A stretch of 64,000 nt of DNA from Bacteroidales bacterium (GTDB taxonomy: Bacteria; Bacteroidota; Bacteroidia; Bacteroidales; F082): positions 417 to 64,416 of the forward strand of contig JAZOSA010000039.1 of assembly GCA_045656905.1 (NCBI GenBank), in the 5' to 3' direction. Below, piece after piece: positions 1-8,891 of the stretch. The notes below the pieces were generated by a model. It saw only the letters and a list, made by a program, of their open reading frames with translations, did no database searches and was not told the DNA's origin. The position numbers and the translations under genes were made by a program. Each line of letters begins with the position of its first letter. Positions within the stretch are counted from its first letter, which is position 1.

Positions 1-1
1 T

Positions 2-73
2 CGTAAGGTTTTAGCCGACTTAGCTTTGAATAATCCAGAAGCATTTAAAGCAATCGTCGAAAAAATAAAGTAA
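2..73 (+). CDS. 3' end of an unidentified CDS truncated by the window edge
   Basis: Open frame ...RKVLADLALNNPEAFKAIVEKIK then TAA at 71-73, followed by a strong terminator. No function is recognisable from 23 aa. Confidence 0.35.
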   Translation, partial: RKVLADLALNNPEAFKAIVEKIK

Positions 74-98
74 TAATCACTAAATGAGTGTAGAAGGA

Positions 99-126
99 AG
101 CCGCTGTGAAGCGGCTTTTTTTTTGT
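99..126 (+). terminator. Rho-independent terminator
   Basis: Stem AAGCCGC/GCGGCTT (99-105 / 111-117) followed by a 9-nt T run. Confidence 0.7.
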
Positions 127-162
127 TTATGAAAATACTAAATACTACTCGTAAATCATGGA

Positions 163-222
163 TTTTTTTTGAAAAAAAACTTTAGACTTTGACCTTTTGT
201 CTTTAGACTTTTATTATATTTG
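163..222 (+). promoter_or_regulatory. 60-bp promoter cassette copy 1 (T8-G-A8 palindrome, short-word repeat, -7 box TATATTTG at 215-222)
   Basis: Same 60-nt architecture as 50779-50838 and 57507-57566. The -7 box matches the Bacteroidetes TAnnTTTG consensus, 41 nt before the ATG at 263. Confidence 0.5.
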
Positions 223-262
223 TTGATGATTATTAAATAGGTATAACTAAAAGGATTTTTAT

Positions 263-1411
263 ATGAAAACTAAATTTACTTTCAAGGCAATGTCGTTGTT
301 GTTAGTATCGGCATTGCTTTTTTCTTGTCAAGAAAATAAGGTGCAACAAGTTGTCCCAGAGTATGCTGTGATGGCTATTGAAGAGGAACCTGTTGTCGTA
401 AAGAACTCGTTTCCAGCACTCATCTCTGGCGATACCGATGCTGAGGTGAGAAGCAACGTCTCTGGTGCAATCGTGAAAAAACACGTGGATGAAGGCGATA
501 TTGTCAAGAAAGGCGACTTGCTTTTTGAGATAGACCACGCTCCTTATCAAGCTGATTATAACATGGCGCTCGCTAATGTCAACGCCGCTAAGGTAGGAGT
601 GGAGACAGCAGAACTTACTGCAGTCAACAAGACAAATCTCTGTGAGAAAGGCATCATCAGCGAGTATGAAAAGAAACTCGCCGACAACCAGTTGGCATCG
701 GCAAAAGCACAGTTGGAACAAGCAGAAGCAAGATTGCAGACAGCTAAAATCAATCTCGATTATAGTTATATCAAAAGTCCTAACGACGGAGTCGTCGGTT
801 CTATTCCTTTCAGCGTCGGTAGCCTCGTGGGACCTTCAACGGCAACGCCTCTCACAACAGTGTCGCAGATTGATGTAGTGAAAGCAGACTTCTCCATCAA
901 TGAGAAACTTATGCTTTATTACACACAAAAAGGCGGCGTGAAAGACATCCTTAAATATATGCCTGAAGTGGAACTTAAACTCGCCGACGGAACGATGTAT
1001 GAACATAAAGGCAAGATAGTGTCAGTGGCAGGTTCTATCGACACAAAGACAGGCGCTGCTAATATGTCGGCAGACTTTGACAACCCAGCAAAGATCTTGC
1101 GTAGCGGAGCGACAGGAACAATCTATATTCCTCGTGAGATTGCAAACGCACGCCTCGTCCCTCAAAGCGCGACATTTGAGATGCAAGACAAGAAATTCGT
1201 CTATGTGTTCAACGACAGCATTACCGAAATGCGTGAGATTAAAGTCGATAACCTTACTTATGAACAAAACTATATCGTTACAGATGGTCTTGAATTAGGC
1301 GAAGTCATTGTGATAGAAGGCGTCGGTTCTTCAGTTAAGAACGGAATGAAGATAAAACCAATAACAAAAGAACAGGCAGACGCTAAGTTTAACAAGGCTG
1401 TCGGCAAATAA
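263..1411 (+). CDS. RND efflux periplasmic adaptor (membrane fusion protein) lipoprotein, operon 1
   Basis: 382 aa. Lipoprotein signal ...SALLFSC, alpha-hairpin coiled coil (AKAQLEQAEARLQTAKINLDY) and beta-barrel segments typical of the AcrA/HlyD_D23 family. The pump gene follows after TAA + AAGGAGG. Confidence 0.9.
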   Translation: MKTKFTFKAMSLLLVSALLFSCQENKVQQVVPEYAVMAIEEEPVVVKNSFPALISGDTDAEVRSNVSGAIVKKHVDEGDIVKKGDLLFEIDHAPYQADYNMALANVNAAKVGVETAELTAVNKTNLCEKGIISEYEKKLADNQLASAKAQLEQAEARLQTAKINLDYSYIKSPNDGVVGSIPFSVGSLVGPSTATPLTTVSQIDVVKADFSINEKLMLYYTQKGGVKDILKYMPEVELKLADGTMYEHKGKIVSVAGSIDTKTGAANMSADFDNPAKILRSGATGTIYIPREIANARLVPQSATFEMQDKKFVYVFNDSITEMREIKVDNLTYEQNYIVTDGLELGEVIVIEGVGSSVKNGMKIKPITKEQADAKFNKAVGK

Positions 1412-1427
1412 TTAAGGAGGTTACATT

Positions 1428-4400
1428 ATGAAACTAGATACATTCATCAAGCGTCCGGTCCTCTCGACAGTTATTTCCATCATAATAATTGTTCTTGGTC
1501 TCATCGGACTTCTGACGCTTCCTATTTCACAATATCCCGACATCGCGCCTCCGACAGTGGAAGTCAAGGCGTCGTATCAAGGTGCTAATGCTCAAACTGT
1601 AGTCAACAGTGTCATCGCGCCTCTCGAAGAAGAAATCAACGGCGTTGAGAATATGACATATATGACATCAACGGCGACCAACACCGGCGATGCAACCATT
1701 ACCGTTTATTTCAAACCGGGCAGCGACCCTGACATGGCAGCTGTCAACGTACAAAACCGCGTCACTAAAGCACAGGGGTTCCTCCCTTCCGAAGTGACAA
1801 AAGCCGGCGTGACGACAAGCAAGAAGCAGTCAAGTATCTTACTCGCTTTCACAGTATATAGCGAAAACGATAAATACGACCAAGAGTTTATTTATAACTA
1901 CTTGAAGATTAACGTTATCCCTCAGATTAAACGTATCGGTGGCGTCGGTGACGCTCAGGTCCTCGGCGCAGAATACTCGATGAGAATATGGCTGAAACCT
2001 GATGTTATGGCGCAATACGGATTGATGCCTAAAGACGTCGTCGCGGCTCTTAACGAACAGAATATCGAAGCAGCACCAGGTCAGCTCGGCGAGAATTCAC
2101 AAAACGTGACATTCCAATATATGCTGAAATACAAAGGAAGACTCGCGACTCCAGAAGAATTCGGCGACATCGTCATAAGAGCAAACGAAAGCGGCGAGAT
2201 ATTGAGACTCAAGACCATCGCTGACGTGGAACTCGGTTCTTTGACTTATGCCATCGACACTCGCTCGCAAGGTCATCAAGGTATAACAGCGATGATTTAT
2301 CAGTCTGCAGGTTCTAATGCAACGCAGATTATCAATGAAGTCAAGGCTTTGCTCGAAGCAGAGAAAAGAGACTTCCCTCCAGGAATCACATACGACATTT
2401 TGTTGGACTCCAACGACTTCTTGTTCGCTTCGATTCATGAGGTCATCAAGACTTTATTAGAAGCGTTCTTGCTCGTCTTCTTGGTGGTATTCATTTTCTT
2501 GCAGGACTTCCGCTCTACGCTTATCCCTGCCATTGCGATACCTGTCGCTTTGATTGGTACTTTCTTTATGTTGAAAATAATGGGATTCAGTATAAACCTT
2601 CTTACATTATGCGCTATGGTTCTTGCCATCGCCATTGTCGTTGACGACGCCATTGTGGTGGTGGAAGCGGTCCATGAGAAACTGGAGCGAGGGGCTAAGT
2701 CGGCGAAGGCTGCTTCCATAGAAGCGATGAATGAGATTTCAGGTGCTTTGATATCAATCACTTTGGTTATGATGGCGGTGTTTATCCCTGTCAGCTTCAT
2801 GTCGGGCATCACCGGAACATTCTACAGACAATTCGGTCTCACGATGGCGGTGTCAATAGCGTTCTCGGCTATCAACGCTCTTACATTATCACCAGCATTA
2901 TGTGCGTTATTCCTTAAACCTCACGACAATCACGATGGCGAGAAGAAAGGACTTTTGAAGAGATTCTTCATTGCATTCAATACTGCTTACGACGTCACCG
3001 TCAAGAAATATAGCAAAGGCGTAAGTTTCTTCGTTAAAAACAAGACTTTGTCTATAGGCGCAGTCTTGGCAGGCGCAGCATTATTGTTCTATCTTATGGG
3101 AACTACGCCAACGGGATTGGTTCCTAACGAAGACACCGGTACCATCTTCGTGACTGTCGACATGCCAGCTGGAACATCATTGGATAAGACAAAAGACGCG
3201 ATGGCGAAGATTGAGAAATTGGTTGAAAACACGCCAGCTATCAAGACACATACCGCTATTTCCGGTTTCAGTATTTTGAGTGGCGCGATGGGAAGTTCTT
3301 ACGGAACATTTATCTGTAAGCTCCACGACTGGGAAGAACGCGACGAGACAGAAAGCGCCGACGCTCTCAATATGAAGCTTATGATGCAGGCTAGAGAACT
3401 CGTGAAGGAAGGTCGTGTCATCACATTCTCAATGCCTATGATTCCTGGATTCAGCGTGTCGTCAGGCTTTGAATTCAACCTTCAGGACAAGACAGGAGGT
3501 TCAATAGAGTCGTTCTACGCAGTGGCACAAGAGTTTATCGCTCGTCTCAGCGAACGCCCTGAGATAGCACAGGCAAACACCAGTTTCAACCCTACATATC
3601 CTCAATATATGGTGAACATCGACGCTGCAAAATGCAAGCAGGCAGGCGTTTCTCCATCAGATATTCTCACGACATTACAAGGTTACTTCGGCGGTATCTA
3701 CGCTTCTAACTTCAACCGCTTCGGCAAGTTGTATCGTGTTATGGTTCAGGCACGCCCTGAGTTGAGAATCGACAAGGAATCTCTTAATAATATCAAGATA
3801 AGAAACGGAAATGAAATGGCACCGATAACTCAATTCATTGAACTTGAAAGAGTATATGGTCCAGATAACATCAAGAGATTCAATTTGTTCACTTCTATAT
3901 TGGTCAATGGTAATCCAGCTCCAGGATATAGTTCAGGAGAAGCAATCAAAGCTATTGAAGAGACTGCAGAACAATACTTGCCACAAGGCTACGCTTATGA
4001 ATATTCAGGTATGACGAGAGAAGAACAAGGTCAGAGCGGCGGACTCGGAATGATTCTCATTATCTGTATCATGTTCGTTTACTTGCTGTTAAGTGCTCAA
4101 TATGAAAGTTACATACTTCCATTGGTCGTTATTCTTTCAATACCATTCGGTCTTGCAGGAACATTCATCTTTGCGAGAATGATGGGCATCGATAACAATA
4201 TCTATTTACAAATCGGTCTTATCATGCTTATCGGATTGTTGGCAAAGAACGCCATTTTGATTACGGAATTCGCTGTCGCGAGACGTGAGTCAGGAATGGG
4301 CATCGTAGATGCTGCCATCGATGCTGCTTGCGCTCGTCTTCGTCCAATCCTTATGACATCACTCGCGATGATTATCGGTCTTCTTCCAATGATGTTCGCT

Positions 4401-4550
4401 CATGGAGTAGGAGCAAACGGTAACAGCGCATTAGGTTCTGGTGCCATCGGCGGTATGCTGATTGGTATGGTTTGCCAGATCTTCATTGTTCCGTCATTGT
4501 TCGTGATATTCCAAGCAATACAAGAGAAGTTTAGACGAGTTGAAAGTTGA
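1428..4550 (+). CDS. RND efflux transporter permease (AcrB/HAE1 family), operon 1
   Basis: 1040 aa; N-terminus FIKRPVLSTVISIIIIVLG; 12-TM/2 large-loop layout; conserved AIVVDDAIVVVE motif in TM4. Confidence 0.95.
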   Translation: MKLDTFIKRPVLSTVISIIIIVLGLIGLLTLPISQYPDIAPPTVEVKASYQGANAQTVVNSVIAPLEEEINGVENMTYMTSTATNTGDATITVYFKPGSDPDMAAVNVQNRVTKAQGFLPSEVTKAGVTTSKKQSSILLAFTVYSENDKYDQEFIYNYLKINVIPQIKRIGGVGDAQVLGAEYSMRIWLKPDVMAQYGLMPKDVVAALNEQNIEAAPGQLGENSQNVTFQYMLKYKGRLATPEEFGDIVIRANESGEILRLKTIADVELGSLTYAIDTRSQGHQGITAMIYQSAGSNATQIINEVKALLEAEKRDFPPGITYDILLDSNDFLFASIHEVIKTLLEAFLLVFLVVFIFLQDFRSTLIPAIAIPVALIGTFFMLKIMGFSINLLTLCAMVLAIAIVVDDAIVVVEAVHEKLERGAKSAKAASIEAMNEISGALISITLVMMAVFIPVSFMSGITGTFYRQFGLTMAVSIAFSAINALTLSPALCALFLKPHDNHDGEKKGLLKRFFIAFNTAYDVTVKKYSKGVSFFVKNKTLSIGAVLAGAALLFYLMGTTPTGLVPNEDTGTIFVTVDMPAGTSLDKTKDAMAKIEKLVENTPAIKTHTAISGFSILSGAMGSSYGTFICKLHDWEERDETESADALNMKLMMQARELVKEGRVITFSMPMIPGFSVSSGFEFNLQDKTGGSIESFYAVAQEFIARLSERPEIAQANTSFNPTYPQYMVNIDAAKCKQAGVSPSDILTTLQGYFGGIYASNFNRFGKLYRVMVQARPELRIDKESLNNIKIRNGNEMAPITQFIELERVYGPDNIKRFNLFTSILVNGNPAPGYSSGEAIKAIEETAEQYLPQGYAYEYSGMTREEQGQSGGLGMILIICIMFVYLLLSAQYESYILPLVVILSIPFGLAGTFIFARMMGIDNNIYLQIGLIMLIGLLAKNAILITEFAVARRESGMGIVDAAIDAACARLRPILMTSLAMIIGLLPMMFAHGVGANGNSALGSGAIGGMLIGMVCQIFIVPSLFVIFQAIQEKFRRVES

Positions 4551-4633
4551 AAACGGAAAATTGAAAATTGAAAAATGGATACAAAGACAGTTGTCTGTTG
4601 ACAGTTGTCCGTTGACTTTAAAAATATAAAACG

Positions 4634-5998
4634 ATGAAAAAGATAATATATATCACAATATGCGCTTTCGTGTTGAGCAGCTGTAACATTTACAGGCAAT
4701 ACGAGCGTCCGGAGGTAGCTGCCCCAGATTCATATCGCCTGCCAGAAGATATGACGTCTGCCGACACTACTTCGATAGCAGATCTCAGCTGGACTGATAT
4801 TTACGCAGATACAAACCTACGCACATTAATTAATTACGGTCTTGAAAATAACACCGACCTTTTGGTGGCGATGGAGAGAGTGAAAGAAGCGCAGGCTGCT
4901 CTTAAGTCGGCAAAGTTGTCGTTCCTTCCTTCAGTCTCTCTCAATCCACAAGGCGGTTTGTCGTATGCCGGCGGCGCCACATCATGGAGTTATGATGCAT
5001 CGGTATCAGCAAGTTGGGAGATAGATTTGTTCGGCAAATTATTAAACAACAAGAGAAAAGCGCAAGTCGTTCTTTTACAGAATGAAGAATACAAGCAAGC
5101 AGTGAGAACGCAGCTCATTGCTACGATAGCTGATTTTTATTTCAACCTTCTGGCGTTAGATAAACAGTTGAACATCTATACTATGACAGAGCAGAACTGG
5201 GCTGTAAGCGTCGAGACCATCAAGGCGATGAAAGAAGGCGGCATGACTAACGAAGCTGCTGTAGTTCAATACGAGGCGTATCACGCATCTATCGCTGCTG
5301 CGATTCCTGATATCAAAGCTGCGATTATGAAACAGGAAAACGCTTTGTCTGCATTGCTCGGCGATTATCCTGATGTCATCGCTAGAGGCAAACTTGATGA
5401 GCAGAAAGTCGAGTTCGACATTCAGGCAGGCGTGCCGTTGCAACTCTTGGCAAATCGTCCTGACGTGAAAAGCGCAGAATATAAATTAGCTTCGATGTAT
5501 TATAACACCAATGAGGCACGTGCTGCGTTTTATCCAAATATCGTCATCGGCGGAAGTGCGGGATGGAGCAACCTCATAGGCGGAAAGATCGTCAATCCAG
5601 GTCAGTTCCTTGCGAGTGCGCTCGCTTCGTTGACACAACCTATCTTCTATAGAGGCGCGAACAAGGCGCGACTAGAAATAGCCAAGGCGCAGGAAGAAGA
5701 AGCGAAGCTGCAGTTCAGACAAAGCTTGTTAAACGCAAGTATGGAAGTCAGCAACGCTTTGATAACATACGACGCTGAAGTGAAAAAAGAAGTGGAACGC
5801 GACAGACAAATAGAAGCGTTATATAAAGCAGTTGAATATACAAATGAGTTGTTGAAACTCGGCACATCGACATATCTTGAAGTGTTGGACGCACAGCAGT
5901 CGCTGCTCAATGCTTTGCTGTCGAAGACCGACGATCAGTTGAATAAACTCAATGCAGTGACGTCGTTATATCACGCCCTCGGTGGTGGAAGGGAATAA
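4634..5998 (+). CDS. Outer membrane efflux lipoprotein (TolC/NodT family), operon 1
   Basis: 454 aa; lipobox VLSSC; paired OEP repeats; C-terminal LYHALGGG motif typical of NodT-family factors. Confidence 0.9.
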   Translation: MKKIIYITICAFVLSSCNIYRQYERPEVAAPDSYRLPEDMTSADTTSIADLSWTDIYADTNLRTLINYGLENNTDLLVAMERVKEAQAALKSAKLSFLPSVSLNPQGGLSYAGGATSWSYDASVSASWEIDLFGKLLNNKRKAQVVLLQNEEYKQAVRTQLIATIADFYFNLLALDKQLNIYTMTEQNWAVSVETIKAMKEGGMTNEAAVVQYEAYHASIAAAIPDIKAAIMKQENALSALLGDYPDVIARGKLDEQKVEFDIQAGVPLQLLANRPDVKSAEYKLASMYYNTNEARAAFYPNIVIGGSAGWSNLIGGKIVNPGQFLASALASLTQPIFYRGANKARLEIAKAQEEEAKLQFRQSLLNASMEVSNALITYDAEVKKEVERDRQIEALYKAVEYTNELLKLGTSTYLEVLDAQQSLLNALLSKTDDQLNKLNAVTSLYHALGGGRE

Positions 5999-6030
5999 AA
6001 AAAAAGAGCCGTGAGGCTCTTTTTTTTTGA
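5997..6030 (+). terminator. Rho-independent (bidirectional-type) terminator
   Basis: A-run, stem AGAGCC/GGCTCT, then a 10-nt T-run immediately after the stop at 5998. Confidence 0.7.
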
Positions 6031-6164
6031 ACTAAGAACTAAGAGCTAAGAGCTAAGAACCGAGAACTTTTTTGAGTTGTTTATGGGTCATTGATTTACA
6101 GGCATTCAGCACTACGTGCTCCATACCTGCCTATAATCTTTCGTCACTACGTGACTTTTTTTAT

Positions 6165-6190
6165 GAGACGCCACAGGGTGACGTCTCTAC
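6165..6190 (-). repeat. TGTAGAGACG-family hairpin repeat (inverted copy)
   Basis: GAGACGCCACAGGGTGACGTCTCTAC is the reverse complement of the element at 57404-57432 and 31198-31226, apart from 1-2 differences. Confidence 0.75.
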
Positions 6191-6232
6191 GGGTGATTGC
6201 TGTAAAAAAAAACGACTCTTTTTTTACACGTT

Positions 6233-6395
6233 GCGTTAGGGATTGGAGCGGCATCCTTTGCGAGCGTTTCGGGAACGAGTTTCGGGGACGGGGACGAGGT
6301 CACTGAGCTTGTCGAAGTGCCGAAATTTTGTGTGCGAGACGGAAATTAAGCGAGCAAAGATATAGCGGAAAGCCCGACGCGAAGCGGAACGCCCA
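6233..6395 (-). repeat. GC-rich ~165-bp interspersed repeat, copy A
   Basis: The reverse complement aligns end to end (about 90% by eye) with 31483-31650: TGGGCGTTCCGCTTCGCGTCGGGCTTTCCGCTATATCTTTGCTCGC...CGCAAAGGATGCCGCTCCAATCCCTAACGC. Confidence 0.85.
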
Positions 6396-6500
6396 GAAAA
6401 GGACTAAAGACAAAAGACTAATGACTAAAGTCTTTAATGCGTAATTATAAGTTTTTACTTTAGAGTTTATAGAATTTCTAATTTTTTTTTCATTTCCCTC

Positions 6501-6530
6501 TTGACAAATAAAAAATAATCTCTATCTTTG
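6501..6530 (+). promoter_or_regulatory. Promoter of the ABC/GntR operon (-33 TTGACA 6501-6506, -7 TATCTTTG 6523-6530)
   Basis: Matches the Bacteroidetes sigma-ABfr type consensus TTTG/TAnnTTTG with 16-nt spacing. About 185-nt leader to the ATG at 6717. Confidence 0.5.
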
Positions 6531-6531
6531 T

Positions 6532-6555
6532 AGTGTACTAGTTAACTAATACAGT
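6532..6555 (+). promoter_or_regulatory. Candidate operator (imperfect inverted repeat AGTGTACTAG-TTAA-CTAATACAGT)
   Basis: Lies directly downstream of the -7 box of an operon that encodes a YtrA-like GntR regulator. GntR operators are typically GT..AC palindromes. This is inference only. Confidence 0.3.
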
Positions 6556-6716
6556 GGATAATTTATAGTTCATAGTGTATAGTTCATAGTAGTTTTGGAG
6601 TGGAAAGTTATAAGTAGATAGTTTATCTAGCCCAATACATTTTCAACTCTCCACAACTTAACTTACAACTACTCTACACTCTAAACCATTAACTATTAAC
6701 TTTAAACTTTAACCCC

Positions 6717-7628
6717 ATGATAACAATAAACAACCTAGACTTCAGCTACAAGAATGTGGCGGTTTTCAAAAATATCAGCCTCGAATTTAAAGAAGGCAAC
6801 GTCTATGGTCTTCTCGGCGAAAACGGCGTGGGAAAGACAACGCTCCTGAAAATCATCAGCGGACTTCAATTCCCAAATGAAGGAACTTGTAAGGTAGATG
6901 ATTTCATTCCTTCAGATAGAAATCCTTATTTCTTGCAGAATATATTTTACCTTCCGGAAGAAGTCATAACAGAAGATACTACACCTGAGAAATTCATCAA
7001 TAAATTAGGTGTGTTTTATCCACGTTACGACCATTCTTATTTCTTAAATCTGATGAAAGAATTGGAGGTAGATGCCAATAAGAAATTCAATGCGATGTCG
7101 TACGGACAGAAGAAGAAATCGTTGTTAGCATGTGCGTTGTCGCTTCGTACTGATTATCTGCTTCTTGATGAGCCGACAAACGGACTTGATATTCCATCGA
7201 AGGCTTTGTTTAGAAAAGTGATATTGCAACATGGAAGCTCCACGGATCACACGGATTTGCACGTATCTGATTATGGTCAAAATAATACGAGCGATACTCG
7301 AGATACGTGGAGCTACAATCCTACAATAATCATTTCCACACATCAGGTGAAGGACGTGGAAAATCTCATCGACCCGATAGTGATTTTAGAACATGATGAA
7401 GTGCTTCTTAATTCAACATTTGAAGAGATTTCTCAACGACTTTATTTTGAATATGGTGCAGAGAAATCAGATGAGGCTCTCTATTCTGAAATGATGCCCG
7501 GCGGTTACATCAACGTGCTTCCAAATACTTTTAACATGGAAAGCAAAGTCAATGTTGAGGCACTGTTTAATGCTGTGAGATGTAATAAGAAGAAGATTAG
7601 AGAAATCTTTGTAAAAGTTGAAAATTGA
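6717..7628 (+). CDS. ABC transporter ATP-binding protein (YtrB-like) carrying a 25-aa in-frame repeat-derived insertion
   Basis: Walker A GENGVGKTT, signature MSYGQKKK, Walker B LLLDEPTNGLD, H-loop IIISTHQ. The Walker B-to-H-loop spacing is 57 aa instead of the usual ~32. Confidence 0.9.
   Translation: MITINNLDFSYKNVAVFKNISLEFKEGNVYGLLGENGVGKTTLLKIISGLQFPNEGTCKVDDFIPSDRNPYFLQNIFYLPEEVITEDTTPEKFINKLGVFYPRYDHSYFLNLMKELEVDANKKFNAMSYGQKKKSLLACALSLRTDYLLLDEPTNGLDIPSKALFRKVILQHGSSTDHTDLHVSDYGQNNTSDTRDTWSYNPTIIISTHQVKDVENLIDPIVILEHDEVLLNSTFEEISQRLYFEYGAEKSDEALYSEMMPGGYINVLPNTFNMESKVNVEALFNAVRCNKKKIREIFVKVEN
7238..7312. mobile_element. MITE/REP-like palindromic element (CTCCACG...CGTGGAG family) inserted in frame in the ABC ATPase gene
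   Basis: 75 bp with the same termini, length and internal blocks (GTATC.CGAGTATC, ATACGTGCA) as the four copies at 38708-39443. In this copy the terminal inverted repeat extends to AGCTCCACG/CGTGGAGCT (7236-7314). Confidence 0.8.
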
Positions 7629-7725
7629 AATTTGAAATTTGAAAATTAGCGGTCAGCTATCAGCAAGTATACCCAAAGTCTGTTGACTGTTGTCCGTTGT
7701 CCGTTGACCTTAAAAAATAAACATT

Positions 7726-8544
7726 ATGAACAATACATTTGATATAAAAAGATTCGGTAATGTCGTGAGACACGACGGAATGAGTTATTTCAAGAATTTT
7801 GGATGGACCTTGGTGGTATTGTGGTCGATACCTGTCATTTTCTGGATAATGACATACGTTTCTGATGGAGTATATACTAATCGCGATATATTGATTTCAC
7901 TGCTGATGTGGCTGTCGTTGATTATCGTTCCATCAAGACTTTATAAAGATGTAAACGATTCAAGAAAAGGAATGTTATATGCGATGACGCCTGCGTCTTC
8001 TTTGGAGAAATTCCTCAGTATGTTTCTCTATTGTGTGCTTGTTACACCTATTGTATATATGCTTGGCGCAATAGCTATTGATACTATTCTTTCATTAAAA
8101 CCAGGAACGAATCCTTACGATGGTTTCATCTTTAAAGATTTTAAGGGACTGTTATTACCTGACTTGGTTCATGTTGGTGATGATGAAATGAATAGACAGT
8201 TTGCTGAACATATATTAGACAAAAATCGAATTTTAATAAATATAATTCAGTTTCTATGTGTCTCTTCCATATTTATGTTTACGAATATGATTTTCAAAAA
8301 ACGTAAGCTCAGCAAGACAATAGGAATATTGACACTTATTGGAATAATACTTACAATTTTAATTGTTAGAATAGCTTCAGATATTGATGTTGAATTTTTG
8401 GATGATTATACAGACGATGAGATTTCAGTTTTTGTGAATAATGTAGTTGATAATTTTTATTCTATCATGTTCTGTATATATGCAACATTGTCAGCAGTTT
8501 TACTTTACTTCACTTATTATAAAATCAAAAGACAAACTTATTGA
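7726..8544 (+). CDS. Multi-pass membrane protein (probable permease partner of the ABC ATPase)
   Basis: 272 aa with about 6 hydrophobic helices, lying between the ATPase and the GntR gene. No recognisable family motif. Confidence 0.6.
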   Translation: MNNTFDIKRFGNVVRHDGMSYFKNFGWTLVVLWSIPVIFWIMTYVSDGVYTNRDILISLLMWLSLIIVPSRLYKDVNDSRKGMLYAMTPASSLEKFLSMFLYCVLVTPIVYMLGAIAIDTILSLKPGTNPYDGFIFKDFKGLLLPDLVHVGDDEMNRQFAEHILDKNRILINIIQFLCVSSIFMFTNMIFKKRKLSKTIGILTLIGIILTILIVRIASDIDVEFLDDYTDDEISVFVNNVVDNFYSIMFCIYATLSAVLLYFTYYKIKRQTY

Positions 8545-8546
8545 TT

Positions 8547-8891
8547 ATGGAATTCAAGTCGCACCAGCCTATATATCTGCAAATATATTTTCACATTTGC
8601 GAGATGATTTTGAACGATAAGTTTAAGGTAGGCGAGAAGATAATGTCGGTGAGGGAGATGGCGATAGAAGTGGGAGTGAATCCTAACACTGTGATGCGTT
8701 CGTACGAATTGCTTCAGAATAAAAATATCATCATCAACCAAAGAGGCATCGGTTTCAACGTAAGTGAAAATGCCAAAGAAATAATTCTTGAAGAACAGAA
8801 GAAGCAATTCATTGAAGAGGAACTTCCAGAGATAATCAGAAAGATGAAGCTGTTTGGAATTTCGATTGAAGACATTTTGAAGAATTCATAA
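8547..8891 (+). CDS. GntR-family transcriptional regulator, YtrA-like short subfamily
   Basis: The wHTH segment KIMSVREMAIEVGVNPNTVMRSYELLQNKNIIINQRGIGFNV is typical of the family. I prefer the ATG at 8547 to the TTG at 8541. It overlaps the stop of the upstream gene. Confidence 0.85.
   Translation: MEFKSHQPIYLQIYFHICEMILNDKFKVGEKIMSVREMAIEVGVNPNTVMRSYELLQNKNIIINQRGIGFNVSENAKEIILEEQKKQFIEEELPEIIRKMKLFGISIEDILKNS

Noticed and set aside
6091-6306. A 71-aa ORF in the 700-bp gap between RND operon 1 and the ABC operon.
   Set aside because: It is composed entirely of hairpin repeats and the GC-rich interspersed repeat. It has an Arg-rich low-complexity translation and no promoter or RBS, and the other repeat copies do not keep the frame open.
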